A DNA stretch of 64,000 bases from Myxococcales bacterium (GCA_021806645.1 JAJZQX010000012.1:73764-137763); one strand, 5' to 3'; counted from the stretch's first letter, positions 20,001-27,189 are shown. A program made the numbers and translations. The notes: generated from the sequence alone by a model not told the origin.

Positions 20001-20571
20001 CCCCGCCGACACCGGCGTCATCACCAGGACGGTCACGGCCCACGGCGCGGCACAGACGCTTCGCGGCACTCCGACGTATAGCGGAACGCTCACGTCGCGA
20101 CCGGCGAGTTCCACGACCTACCCGGTCACCCGGCCGGCAACGGCGGTGACGCTCTGCATCGTCTGCCACGATCGCTACGACACGTGCGGTGGGGCGGGCA
20201 CCAACAACTGCTCCAGCGCAACGCACGGCGCGGGGTCGGCGGAGTCCAGCAACCTCAACAGCGGCATGACGGGGACCATGCAGTTCGCCTGCAACTGGTG
20301 TCACAGCAGCGGAAGCCTCACGGCCGTGGTGCGGCCGATTCGAGGGCAGGACGTGCACGGCGTGAACACCGTGGCGACCGGCGGCTCGGCCAAGTCGGGC
20401 AGGTGGGCGACGGCCAACCCGAAGCCGTATGCATTCATCCGCAACACCTCCCTCCTGGGTGACCACTCACCCCGCAGTATCCTCGGGACGACGTACTCGC
20501 CCGGATGCGACATGGTGACCAGTCCCTGCAGCCAGGGCTTCAAGACCTACACGGTCGGCGGCACCTACTAG
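14041..20571 (+). CDS. Giant (~2176 aa) secreted multihaem cytochrome. The N-terminal ~1200 aa are Ig/FN3-like repeats; the C-terminal ~1000 aa carry 18 CXXCH motifs plus one CX3CH and one CX4CH.
   Basis: Signal peptide MNSVKTLARAVAAVAVALLAVQAGPAGA (starts at 14017 or 14029 are also possible). Three units each combine a beta-sandwich with an FN3-like domain. Two modules resemble the Geobacter CxxxxCH...CXXCH domain (PTCTNACHG...LTCASCHGAPP and PTCTNVYCHN...AQCGSCHGLPP). Confidence 0.85.
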   Translation: MNSVKTLARAVAAVAVALLAVQAGPAGAAGTAGKSYNISCDTGTTANVSLYNITTGTQFKVRCKIIDQATGAGITGLVSGDITIRQITDVTTNTALTSGTDYTAGNLVEVGSGVYDFLLTISSGVATGDILEIQMREDGGNEVDTERLFVTQYVRVATAGVAGNARYIEVQPTTNADINTAAGTYTVRVRFIDALGNYFNPGTLTWSINRWRDSTGATITTGTPSAAAYDTTNNWYLLSIPYSTALTNGDRQYINIGARIGNYRYLAGFGLTAVTAQTNTPLAVPTFTTPGLFAPANTTTVGNGTDPAGGTVGPGGAATMVDAFTLQTSAGTDTITAASVTLSTVSGVGLVEITNDAGTTVYGSTSNPAATPVAVSLTTSISATTTLTQYRVRVTPLAHAAMPAVPGGTYAVTATVTGLTSTNGKTYADSGSGTLTIDNLSPGDVTGLSATPGNTQLVVNWTNPATDYARTMVLYRATTAISDVPGEGATYTAPGTLGASTIAYVGGTAGAAGTTTITGLTNGTLYNLKVFVQDAYGNWSTPGATTSGTPTAPANTTTVGNGTDPAGGTVGPGGAATMVDAFTLQTSAGTDAITAASVTLSTVSGVGLVEITNDAGTTVYGSTSNPAATPVAVTLTTNISATTTLTQYRVRVTPLSHAAMPAVPGGTYAVTATVTGLTSTNGKTYSDTGSGTLTIDNLSPGDVTGLSATPGNTQLVVNWTNPATDYARTMVLYRATTAISDVPGEGATYTAPGTLGASTIAYVGGTAGAAGTTTITGLTNGTLYNVKVFVQDAYGNWSTPGATTSGTPAVPVISLAVGNGTNPANTALLCPSPTAPTGPTMLDAFTLQALVADDVVTRITVQLAPAGAWINVATVEITDAAGGTTVYGSAIPGGDQVNVYVTGIAPTVAAGAVSYNVRITPKTHAAMPAPNTGQQYATTGTVVSVASNNPRTYGDASSATVTIDNLAPSEVVWSGVTTGATNIQLNWVTATNVVVLRKQGGPVTDSPVEGTTYTAGATIGASTVACAGTMALCNSTGLTAGTAYYFKVFTADACVNYSLGGPVGPLFAGGLNEGSATASTLLPVVGIINPKNPATVTSSGAGFRVQVRAFSRMNAGVAQPFAAGAVRLKAATPAQPFVATCDAANYPIALALNANYPNSTVAATDNHGVYEATVTVAKGAYTLRACATNASGTVLSGPVGITVNDGSAGSPRGDGNLLVRDNGAQLCNDCHAIATHASETVGNKYGSWYAACRDCHTPHSTTNVELIRKQITPPGYRGQQPPRDVVFYDRSTGFAATAYANSGGTGVCQVCHTATTYYRSDGTLAGTHNPNQACTACHAHEKGLKASCTTCHGDKTGTYAAISGADTNANAAPPTAADKVTTTGVKVGAHQAHVNGNGTVATYRTNPIGCADCHPVPNSHNGTTDAAWSVLATNTIVNGTSLAVAPTPAAGLGAYNATWEATPTCTNACHGANLPSNAVKPAPSWTAAGGLTCASCHGAPPPLSATANQNHPQNTTCATCHGAGYVNGGPLAAAAKSTHVNGTLDRITAGCTSCHGELGAPGVTLTANTVKAAPGASGSGTNSFDTTGLATGNAIGAHKAHLAGSTGTPRWRSAVIACNECHLLPPSDTDMAHATGAGTGGARATLTWTGGIAQSTAFETKTASYAQPTCTNVYCHNPKSTDTAATTKTPAWNGATTLAQCGSCHGLPPTTGTAHPTGVTECASCHPGYSATMPTSTSTIAAVNTLAHINGQLDGGGDCTGCHASAQGPRRPIVPEFALAWSHKRSAGGAVTKWDCVVCHMEGDPTTGNTTAVHKDGFVNLRDPDTGANIKGVTFAGTPGSYTATATDATFTTFSRNLGSATLEPAVQAIMINQCLKCHDANGAASTLARVPTTGTAEKPFGTTIAGAAYTGAGVTANGVTGGVADVNAAFATTNSSYHPVTGKQNNWYAKDVRMVAPWNMGVTTRAGTVNLTTWGPLLSCWDCHSDPADTGVITRTVTAHGAAQTLRGTPTYSGTLTSRPASSTTYPVTRPATAVTLCIVCHDRYDTCGGAGTNNCSSATHGAGSAESSNLNSGMTGTMQFACNWCHSSGSLTAVVRPIRGQDVHGVNTVATGGSAKSGRWATANPKPYAFIRNTSLLGDHSPRSILGTTYSPGCDMVTSPCSQGFKTYTVGGTY
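14926..16473 (+). repeat. Near-identical tandem duplication (2 x 774 bp, 2 x 258 aa) inside the giant cytochrome gene. A third, diverged copy follows at about 16474-17230.
   Basis: Copy 1 (14926-15699) and copy 2 (15700-16473) both begin gccaacaccaccacggtcggcaacggcaccgatccggccggtggc. By eye, about 7 aa differ out of 258. Confidence 0.85.
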
Positions 20572-20592
20572 CCGCACCGAGAGCGTCGGGGT

Positions 20593-21894
20593 ATGAACGC
20601 CCCCGCGTCGCACCGGGCTCCAATGCCACGGTGCGGCGCGCCCGCTCCAATGGCCGACCCGTCCATGCCGACGCCCGAAGCACCAGCAGCGCCCGCGCCG
20701 CGCGTTCGCCCCCCACCGAGCCTGGGGCGCCGGGTCTTCAGCGTGGTTTCCTCGCCGCGGCTGGCCATCGCGCTGCTCATCGTCGTGCTGGCCTGCTGCG
20801 TGGTGGGCGTCACAGTCTTCACGCCGGAGCCGGCTTGGCGGCTCATCTTCAACACGCTCTGGTTCAACGGCCTGCTGGTGCTGCTGGCGCTCAGCTCGGG
20901 CGTCACCTTCCTGGCCCGCACCTGGGGCCGGAAGCTCACGCTGGTCTCCGTGGGTATGATCCTGTTCCACGTGAGCTTCATGAGCCTGCTGGGCGGCGTG
21001 GTCTTCAACAGCTTGTTCCACTTCAAGGGCGTGCTGCGGCTCACGGAAGGCGAGATCCTGCCCAACGGCGATCCCGCCAGCTACGACACCGTCGATGCTG
21101 GGCGCTTCTTCGACTTCACCCGCCTCCGCGGCGAGACCACCCTGGTCAAGATGCACCGCGGCTACAAGGTGGACGGGCAGGACAAGCGGGCCGCCTACGA
21201 GATCGCCGTCGGCGAGGGGTCGTCGAAGACGACGGGAATCATCTACATGACGCAGAACCTGGACTACCGCGGCGTGCGGTACCTGGTCTCCAAGGAGGGG
21301 TACTCGATCGGCGTCGTCCTCCACGACAAGCAGGGACGCGAGCTGTACGCGGCCATGGTCCCGCTGCAGAGCCTGCAGCGGGGCGAGAACGCCCACCTCT
21401 ACACCACCGGCTCCGCGCTGGCGCCAGGCGCCTTTCCGTTCCCGCCGCCGCCGGACTCCGCCGCGCTCCTGCTCCAGGTGGGGTACGTGCCCGATCAGCG
21501 GAAGGAGCGGGCCGGGCAGGTCGAGTTCTTCACCTGGCCGGTGAGCCAGGCGGTCGCTGGCCACGACGGTGCCAGGGGCGCGGGGCACGCGTCCGGCCAG
21601 GCCGCGTCGATCGGGGGCGGCAAGGACACGGAGCCTGCCGCCTCGGGCAAGGTGGCCGTCGGCGGCACCTTCGACGCCGGCGACTACAAGCTCGAGGCGA
21701 GAGAGGTGCGGTACTGGGTCGGCATGACGGTACGACGCGACCCCGGTCTGACCGTCATCCTCTCCAGCCTCTGGGCGGGGCTGGCAGGCATGACCATGAC
21801 CTTCATCGGACGGATCGTGCAAGACTCGAAGCGAGGCAAGCGCGAGGCGAGCAGCTCTGAACCGGGCGCGACAGCGCCGAAGGGGGTCCCATGA
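20593..21894 (+). CDS. resB: System II cytochrome c biogenesis protein ResB/Ccs1 (CcsB)
   Basis: VFSVVSSPRLAIALLIVVLACCVVG...WFNGLLVLLALS...LFHFKGVLRLTEGE.. is a typical ResB N-terminus, and there is a C-terminal TM segment. The stop overlaps the ccsA ATG (ATGA). The start could be any of several Met codons between 20593 and 20665. Confidence 0.8.
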   Translation: MNAPASHRAPMPRCGAPAPMADPSMPTPEAPAAPAPRVRPPPSLGRRVFSVVSSPRLAIALLIVVLACCVVGVTVFTPEPAWRLIFNTLWFNGLLVLLALSSGVTFLARTWGRKLTLVSVGMILFHVSFMSLLGGVVFNSLFHFKGVLRLTEGEILPNGDPASYDTVDAGRFFDFTRLRGETTLVKMHRGYKVDGQDKRAAYEIAVGEGSSKTTGIIYMTQNLDYRGVRYLVSKEGYSIGVVLHDKQGRELYAAMVPLQSLQRGENAHLYTTGSALAPGAFPFPPPPDSAALLLQVGYVPDQRKERAGQVEFFTWPVSQAVAGHDGARGAGHASGQAASIGGGKDTEPAASGKVAVGGTFDAGDYKLEAREVRYWVGMTVRRDPGLTVILSSLWAGLAGMTMTFIGRIVQDSKRGKREASSSEPGATAPKGVP

Positions 21895-22715
21895 ACGTCG
21901 AGCAGGTGCTGTTCTGGTGCGCCGTCGGATTCTACGGGCTGAGCGCGTTCGCCTACGTCTTCGGCTTCATCGCCGAGAACGAGAAGCTGCTCTCTGGGGG
22001 GCTGGCCACGGCCGTGCTCGGGTTCGCCGCCCACCTGACCAGCATCGCCCTCCGCTGGGTGACGAGCAGCGTGACGCCGTTCATCACCATCTCCGAGTCG
22101 CTCGCCCTCGGGACCCTCATGGCGATGGCCCTCTTCCTCATCCTCCAGGCCTCGAACAGGAAGGTCCGGCCGCTCGGTGTCTTCGTGCTGCCGGTGGTCT
22201 TCGTGCTCATCGGGTGGGCCGGCACGCTGCGGGCGGCCTCCGGATCCCAGCTCGCCCCGGCGCTGCAGAGCGGCTGGCTCTGGGCGCACATCGTCGGCGC
22301 CACCATCGGCTTCAGCGCGGTGCTGATGGCGGCGGGGCTGGCGATGATGTTCCTGCTCAGGGAGAACCGGTCGGGGGGGATCTACGACCGGCTGCCGTCG
22401 CCGGCCGACCTCGACCGGCTGGCCTACCGGTTCGTCGCCGCCGGTTTCATCATGTACGGCCTCATGATCGTCACCGGGGCGCTCTGGGCCGACCAGGCCA
22501 AGGGCAGCTACTGGAACTGGGACCCGGTCGAGGTCTGGTCGCTGGTCTCCTGGCTCATCTACGGCATCTACCTCCACCTGCGCATCACCATGGGCTGGCG
22601 CGGGCGGAGGCTGGCCTGGTACGCGCTGGCGGCGGTGGCGGTGATGATCGTCAGCTACTGGGGCATCCCGTTCTCGGTCGAGACCTTCCACAAGGGCTTC
22701 CGCGTCGAGCACTAG
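21891..22715 (+). CDS. ccsA: System II cytochrome c biogenesis haem lyase subunit CcsA/ResC
   Basis: Polytopic membrane protein with the W-rich haem-handling motif (WADQAKGSYWNWDPVEVWS) and conserved His residues. Confidence 0.9.
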   Translation: MNVEQVLFWCAVGFYGLSAFAYVFGFIAENEKLLSGGLATAVLGFAAHLTSIALRWVTSSVTPFITISESLALGTLMAMALFLILQASNRKVRPLGVFVLPVVFVLIGWAGTLRAASGSQLAPALQSGWLWAHIVGATIGFSAVLMAAGLAMMFLLRENRSGGIYDRLPSPADLDRLAYRFVAAGFIMYGLMIVTGALWADQAKGSYWNWDPVEVWSLVSWLIYGIYLHLRITMGWRGRRLAWYALAAVAVMIVSYWGIPFSVETFHKGFRVEH

Positions 22716-22728
22716 GCGCCGGGCTTCC

Positions 22729-24075
22729 ATGAACCGCCACCTCACGACGCTCGCCGCCGCGTGTGCCGCCTGGCTGTCGCTCTCGGGCTGCCGCTGCGGG
22801 AAGCCGGAGCCGGTGCGCGGCGCGCCGCCGCTCGCAGCCGCAGCCGCCGTCGCCGCCGTGGCCGTGGCCGACAAGCCCGCCGTGCTCGCAACCCTGCCGG
22901 ACGAGCGGGAGCGGGAGTTCGTCTTCGCCGAGCGCGGGGGCGGCGTCGCCTGGGCCGATGAGAGGGGCGGCCGCTTCCAGGTGGTCCACGACGGCCGCGC
23001 CGGCAAGACCTACGACGCCGTGGGGCCGATCGCCCTCAGCCCGGACGGGCGGCGCTGCGCCCACGGGGCGCAGGCGGACGGCCAGTGGCGAATGGTGGTA
23101 GACGGCGTGGAAGGGCAGGGGTTCGACGAGGTCCAGTCGCCGGTCTTCAGCCCCGACGGAGCGCACCTCGCCTACCAGGCCAGGGCCGGGGAGCGGTGGC
23201 ACCTGGTCGTGGACACGACGGTGGGCCCTGGGACCAGGAGCCGCCTCCTCGGGCCGGAGTTCGGCGCCGACTCCTCCAGGATCGCCCTCATCGACGACGC
23301 CGACGACCAGGGTTTCGGCCGGCTGGTGGTGAGCGACCTGGACTTCAAGGGGCAGACGGTGGTCGAGGCGCGCGCCTCCGAGCTGCTGGTGAACGGGGAC
23401 CGGACCCAAGTCGCAGCCATCGGCGCGAGCGGCGGGAAGCAACGGGTGCTGACCTTCGCCTTCGACCGGCCCGGCCAGGTGAGGCGAGGGCCGGACTTCG
23501 ACGCCGTCTCCCGCCTCGCCTTCGGGCCAGGCGGCCGCTCGCTGGCCTACCTGGCGGAGCGGGCCGGCCAGCGCATGGTGGTGCTGGACGGGAAAGAGGA
23601 GACGGTGCCTCCGGGTGAGCTGTTCGGGCCGCTGGTGGTCCGTCCCGACGGCAAGGCGGTGGGGATCTTCCGGCTGGACGGTGACGCCGTGCGGCTCCAC
23701 CAAGCCTTCGCCGGGGCTGGGCCGGACGAGGTGACCCCAGGGGGAGGTGAGGAGCTCACCTACTCTCCCGGCGGCTTGCACGCCTACGCCTCCAGCCGCA
23801 GGGGACGGCAGCTCGTCGTGGTCGGCGGCAAGGACGGACCGCCCTTCGACCGGGTGGTGTCGCCGTCGTTCAGCCCCGACGGCAGGTTCCTCGTCTACCG
23901 CGCCCGCCAGGACGGGCGGCGCTTCGTGGTGGTGGCGGACCCCAGCGGCAAGACGACCCGCCAGCTGCCGACCTACGAGCAGGTCTTTCCGGTCCGGTTC
24001 ACGGCTGACGGCAAGTCGGTGGCCTACGGGGTGAAGGACGGCAAGAGCCTGCGCTGGGTCGTCGAGCCGCTCTGA
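22729..24075 (+). CDS. Lipoprotein with PD40/WD40-like (TolB-type) beta-propeller repeats
   Basis: Lipobox LSLSGC. Recurrent FSPDG/LSPDG...AY motifs (LSPDGRRCAHGA, FSPDGAHLAYQA, FSPDGRFLVYRA, FTADGKSVAYGV). Confidence 0.7.
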   Translation: MNRHLTTLAAACAAWLSLSGCRCGKPEPVRGAPPLAAAAAVAAVAVADKPAVLATLPDEREREFVFAERGGGVAWADERGGRFQVVHDGRAGKTYDAVGPIALSPDGRRCAHGAQADGQWRMVVDGVEGQGFDEVQSPVFSPDGAHLAYQARAGERWHLVVDTTVGPGTRSRLLGPEFGADSSRIALIDDADDQGFGRLVVSDLDFKGQTVVEARASELLVNGDRTQVAAIGASGGKQRVLTFAFDRPGQVRRGPDFDAVSRLAFGPGGRSLAYLAERAGQRMVVLDGKEETVPPGELFGPLVVRPDGKAVGIFRLDGDAVRLHQAFAGAGPDEVTPGGGEELTYSPGGLHAYASSRRGRQLVVVGGKDGPPFDRVVSPSFSPDGRFLVYRARQDGRRFVVVADPSGKTTRQLPTYEQVFPVRFTADGKSVAYGVKDGKSLRWVVEPL

Positions 24076-24133
24076 TCCGTCGAAGGTCGCTCCCTGGGCC
24101 AGTCCATACCCAATCGAGGTCCCTCAAACGCAA

Positions 24134-24168
24134 CTTTGGGCGCCCAAAGTGGATTTCGGGGGGGGGGG
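24134..24168 (+). repeat. Perfect 16-bp palindrome (CTTTGGGCGCCCAAAG, 24134-24149) followed by a G11 homopolymer (24158-24168)
   Basis: Read directly from the sequence. It lies between the lipoprotein gene and the first TA cassette. The palindrome could form a 6-bp stem with a 4-nt loop and act as a terminator. Confidence 0.7.
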
Positions 24169-24221
24169 CTGGTTTTCCACGCCGGATTGGCGAAGCAGCT
24201 CCGCGCGGATAGTATTGCCAC

Positions 24222-24524
24222 ATGGGTGCGCATCTCGACCTGGATCGCGACCAGCTCGCGGCGTTCTGTCGGCGGCACCACGTGCGCCGGCTGGCACTGT
24301 TCGGCTCCGTGCTGCGCGACGACTTCGGTCCGGACAGCGACATCGACGTGCTGGTGGAGTTCGAGCCCAACCACGTGCCGGGCTTCATCGCGCTTCACGG
24401 CCTTGAAGAGGAACTGGGGCAGTTCATGGCAGGGCACCCTGTCGATCTGGTCACCGCCGGGGCGCTCAACCACCGCATCCGTGATCGAGTCCTGGCGTCG
24501 GCCGAGGTCCAGTTTGCAGCATGA
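24222..24524 (+). CDS. mntA: MntA-type nucleotidyltransferase antitoxin
   Basis: LALFGSVLRDDFGPDSDIDVLVEF is the GS-X10-DxD minimal nucleotidyltransferase signature. Confidence 0.75.
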   Translation: MGAHLDLDRDQLAAFCRRHHVRRLALFGSVLRDDFGPDSDIDVLVEFEPNHVPGFIALHGLEEELGQFMAGHPVDLVTAGALNHRIRDRVLASAEVQFAA

Positions 24525-24670
24525 TGACGGCGTCTACCTCGGCGGCCATCATCGGCATGAGGCACCGGGTCGTCCACGATTACATGAGCGTGGACCAGGA
24601 GGTGGTCTGGAAGACGGCCACGCAGGAGATGGCGCCGCTCCTGGCGATGTTCCAGCGCCTCCGCGGGTGA
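24521..24670 (+). pseudogene. hepT: N-terminally truncated HepT (DUF86) toxin remnant of 49 codons
   Basis: My own translation is MMTASTSAAIIGMRHRVVHDYMSVDQEVVWKTATQEMAPLLAMFQRLRG. It retains the Rx4HxY motif (RHRVVHDY) but lacks the ~60-70 N-terminal residues seen in the intact copy at 25952. ATGA overlap with mntA. Confidence 0.55.
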
Positions 24671-24898
24671 GTGTGATCGCCAGGTAGGGCACCGTGCGGC
24701 ATCCTGACCGCTTATCCCCCGTCCACCTGAGCACGCCCACCCTCGCTGATGGCGGTACCCCGGGGTCCTGAGCACAGACGGTGATGGACGGGGAGCCGCG
24801 CCCCTCGATAAGGGTGGCAGCGGCGAGGGGGCAGGCGCTCCCGGGCTCGCTGCGGCGCCACCGTCTCGGTCCAGACAGCGGGATGGTGCGGCCCTCGC

Positions 24899-24917
24899 TT
24901 GACGTACGTACGTACGC
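24899..24917 (+). promoter_or_regulatory. TTGACG -35-like hexamer fused to an (ACGT)n 14-bp perfect palindrome (CGTACGTACGTACG). Candidate operator/promoter of the phd-vapC cassette.
   Basis: Read directly from the sequence. It ends 18 nt upstream of the antitoxin ATG at 24935. Confidence 0.4.
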
Positions 24918-24934
24918 GCCCAAACGTCCTGGAC

Positions 24935-25168
24935 ATGAAACGCACCGCAACCGACCTCAGGGCCCACCTCTACGAGGTCCTCGACCAGGTCGCCAGGACA
25001 GGGAAGCCGGTCGAGGTGGTGCGCGGAGGGGTCGAGCTGGCGATCGTCCGGAAAAGGGCCGCCCCGCGCCGGAAGAAGGTCCCCCGGACCATCCCTGGCC
25101 TCATCGTCGGAGACCCTGACGATCTGGTCCACATCGAGTGGCCTTGGAGTTCGCGGACGGAAGCGTGA
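24935..25168 (+). CDS. Phd/YefM-like antitoxin
   Basis: MKRTATDLRAHLYEVLDQVARTGKPVEVVRGGVELAIV is a typical Phd/YefM N-terminus. The stop overlaps the downstream PIN gene start (GTGA). Confidence 0.65.
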   Translation: MKRTATDLRAHLYEVLDQVARTGKPVEVVRGGVELAIVRKRAAPRRKKVPRTIPGLIVGDPDDLVHIEWPWSSRTEA

Positions 25169-25545
25169 GCTTCCACCTCGACACCCACGTCGCTCTCTGG
25201 ATGGCCGCGGGCGATGCGCGGCGACGACTGAAGCCGATCGAGGCGATGCTCCGCAAGGGGCCTCTGTATCTCTCCCCGCTGGCCATCCTCGAGCTGCAGT
25301 TCCTCTTCGAACTCGGCCGCCTCGGTACGCGGGTGGTGGAGGTGGTCGGCGTCCTCTTCGAGGATCACGGCGTGGAGGAGGCCCCCGGGGACCTCAGGGA
25401 GATCGGGAGGCAGGCGCAGGGACTGACCTGGACCCCCGACCCGTTCGACCGGTTGATCGTGGCGCATGCGCTCGCCCAGGGAAGCGTCATCCTCACCGCG
25501 GACGAGACGATCCTCGCCCACTGCCCTCGGGCCAGTTGGGGGTGA
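25165..25545 (+). CDS. vapC: PIN-domain ribonuclease toxin (VapC family)
   Basis: LDTHVALW...SPLAILEL...DPFDRLIVAHA...ILTADE supplies the acidic residues of a PIN domain. Best-guess start is GTG at 25165 (the track start is 25138). Confidence 0.7.
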   Translation: MSFHLDTHVALWMAAGDARRRLKPIEAMLRKGPLYLSPLAILELQFLFELGRLGTRVVEVVGVLFEDHGVEEAPGDLREIGRQAQGLTWTPDPFDRLIVAHALAQGSVILTADETILAHCPRASWG

Positions 25546-25664
25546 GTCGAGGCCCTCGCCAACGGCCCCGTGTGCCTTTCCGGTTGGCTCCACTCCGCGG
25601 CGAACCAGCGCGTTGCCGAACGCCAGGGGGGCGCGGTACGATTCGTGTGGACTTGAGGTTCTCC

Positions 25665-25955
25665 ATGCGGCCTTCCGAATCGCTTGAACTTCACCGAACC
25701 GCGGTGCGCGATCTGGTCGCTCGCTATCCCGCGGCCAATCCGCGTGTTTTTGGGTCCGTTGCGCGCGGCACGGATACCGACGCCAGCGACATCGACATCC
25801 TGGTGGACGACCTCCCCGGCTGCACACTCTTCCGGCTAGGTGGATTGCAGATGGACCTCCAAGACCTCCTCGGGGTCAAGGTCGACCTGGTGCTTCCAGA
25901 CGAACTCCCCGAGAAGTACCGGGAGTCCATTCTGTCGGAGGCGAGGGCCGTATGA
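25665..25955 (+). CDS. mntA: MntA-type nucleotidyltransferase antitoxin
   Basis: VFGSVARGTDTDASDIDILVD signature. ATG at 25665 within ORF 25536..25955. Confidence 0.8.
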   Translation: MRPSESLELHRTAVRDLVARYPAANPRVFGSVARGTDTDASDIDILVDDLPGCTLFRLGGLQMDLQDLLGVKVDLVLPDELPEKYRESILSEARAV

Positions 25956-26335
25956 AGGAGCCGAGCCTCCAGGACTACCTGGAAGACATGGTGCAGTACG
26001 GCGGGAAGGCCCGCGAGTTCTGCAAGGGGCTGACGGAAGAGGCTCTGCAGCATGACGACAGAACTCGCTTTGCTGTGGAAAGGCTGCTCGAGATCGTCGG
26101 CGAGGCCGCCGCCAAGGTCGTCGCTCGGCACCCTCGGTTCGTGGACCGCCATCCGGAAGTGCCCTGGCGCGACATGGCCGGTATGAGGAACCGCCTTGCT
26201 CACGCGTACCGGAGCATCAGGCTGCATCTTGTCTGGGAAGCTGCGACGGTGAGCATTCCTGATCTCGAGAAGAAGATGCCTGAGCTTCGCGCGGATGTCC
26301 CGGCATACGAGCGAAGCCGCGGCCCCGCTCTCTAG
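25952..26335 (+). CDS. hepT: HepT (DUF86) toxin
   Basis: Full-length 127-aa protein with MRNRLAHAY (Rx4HxY). ATGA overlap with mntA. Confidence 0.85.
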   Translation: MKEPSLQDYLEDMVQYGGKAREFCKGLTEEALQHDDRTRFAVERLLEIVGEAAAKVVARHPRFVDRHPEVPWRDMAGMRNRLAHAYRSIRLHLVWEAATVSIPDLEKKMPELRADVPAYERSRGPAL

Positions 26336-26512
26336 CCGGGACGCCCGGTCAGTTCGAATGGGTCACGCCCGGGACGGACGCTCCAACACCGAGAAGCGGT
26401 TGGAGCCGAACGCGACCTGAACCCTCGCCGCGCGCCTCGACCGCCCCAGCCCACACATCCAGGACATGACGCGGACCGCCGCCGACCGCGCGGGGACCCC
26501 GCTGGTGGCGTC

Positions 26513-26971
26513 TCAGGCGGAAGTGCCCGGTGGCCCTCCCAGCAGGTAGTCCCGCCAGTCCTGCCAGGCCACGCCGGCGCGCTCCGCCGGAGCCCGACCG
26601 GCGGCGGCGCCCAGCACGAGAGGCTTGAACCTGGGGTGACGGCGATTGAACTCGAGGAGACCGGCGAGTTCGGTGGCCCGGAACGGGCCGGTCTTCACCT
26701 CGATGGCCCAAGCGCCCCAGGTCCCCTCGATCACCCCGTTCACCTCGAATGGCTCCTCGCGCCACGAGGAGACTCGCTGCCCTGAGTTCCAGGCGTGGGC
26801 CAGGCAGGCGTTCTCGACCCAGGCGCCGAACCTGGCCGGGTCGGCCGCGGGGTCCACCGGCCCGCCGGGCGCGCCGGCACCGTCGCCCAGGGGCTGCTGC
26901 TGGGAAAGTTTCCGGCCGCCCAACTCACCGCGCTCCGCCACCGGCGTCGAGCGCGCGGCCGAGACCGGCAT
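26513..26971 (-). pseudogene. C-terminal fragment of a DUF4143/COG1373-type AAA ATPase
   Basis: GAWVENACLAHAW...SWREEPFEVNGVIE...WAIEVKTG matches the C-terminal DUF4143 region. No P-loop domain lies upstream. Confidence 0.5.
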
Positions 26972-27189
26972 GAAGTGGCCGGTGGATTACGCTGCTACGC
27001 GGGAACCGACAGCCCGATCGGCGCGCAGCGGGTTGGCGCCCGGGCGCCGGTTCGCGGAGCCGCCGCGCCAGGGCCTCCCGGCAGTCGGCGAAGTCGAGGC
27101 GGAAGGTGTCGCCGGTCACGGTCGAATAATCATTCGACTACAAGCGAATAGCAACTTCAGGCGGCGGCGTGTGAACGGCGGCTTCAGGG

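Noticed and set aside
21917-22732. ORF 21917..22732 (271 aa), overlapping ccsA in another plus-strand frame
   Set aside because: It is Arg/Gly/Pro-rich with no hydrophobic helices. The ccsA frame has the WWD-type motif and clear TM segments.
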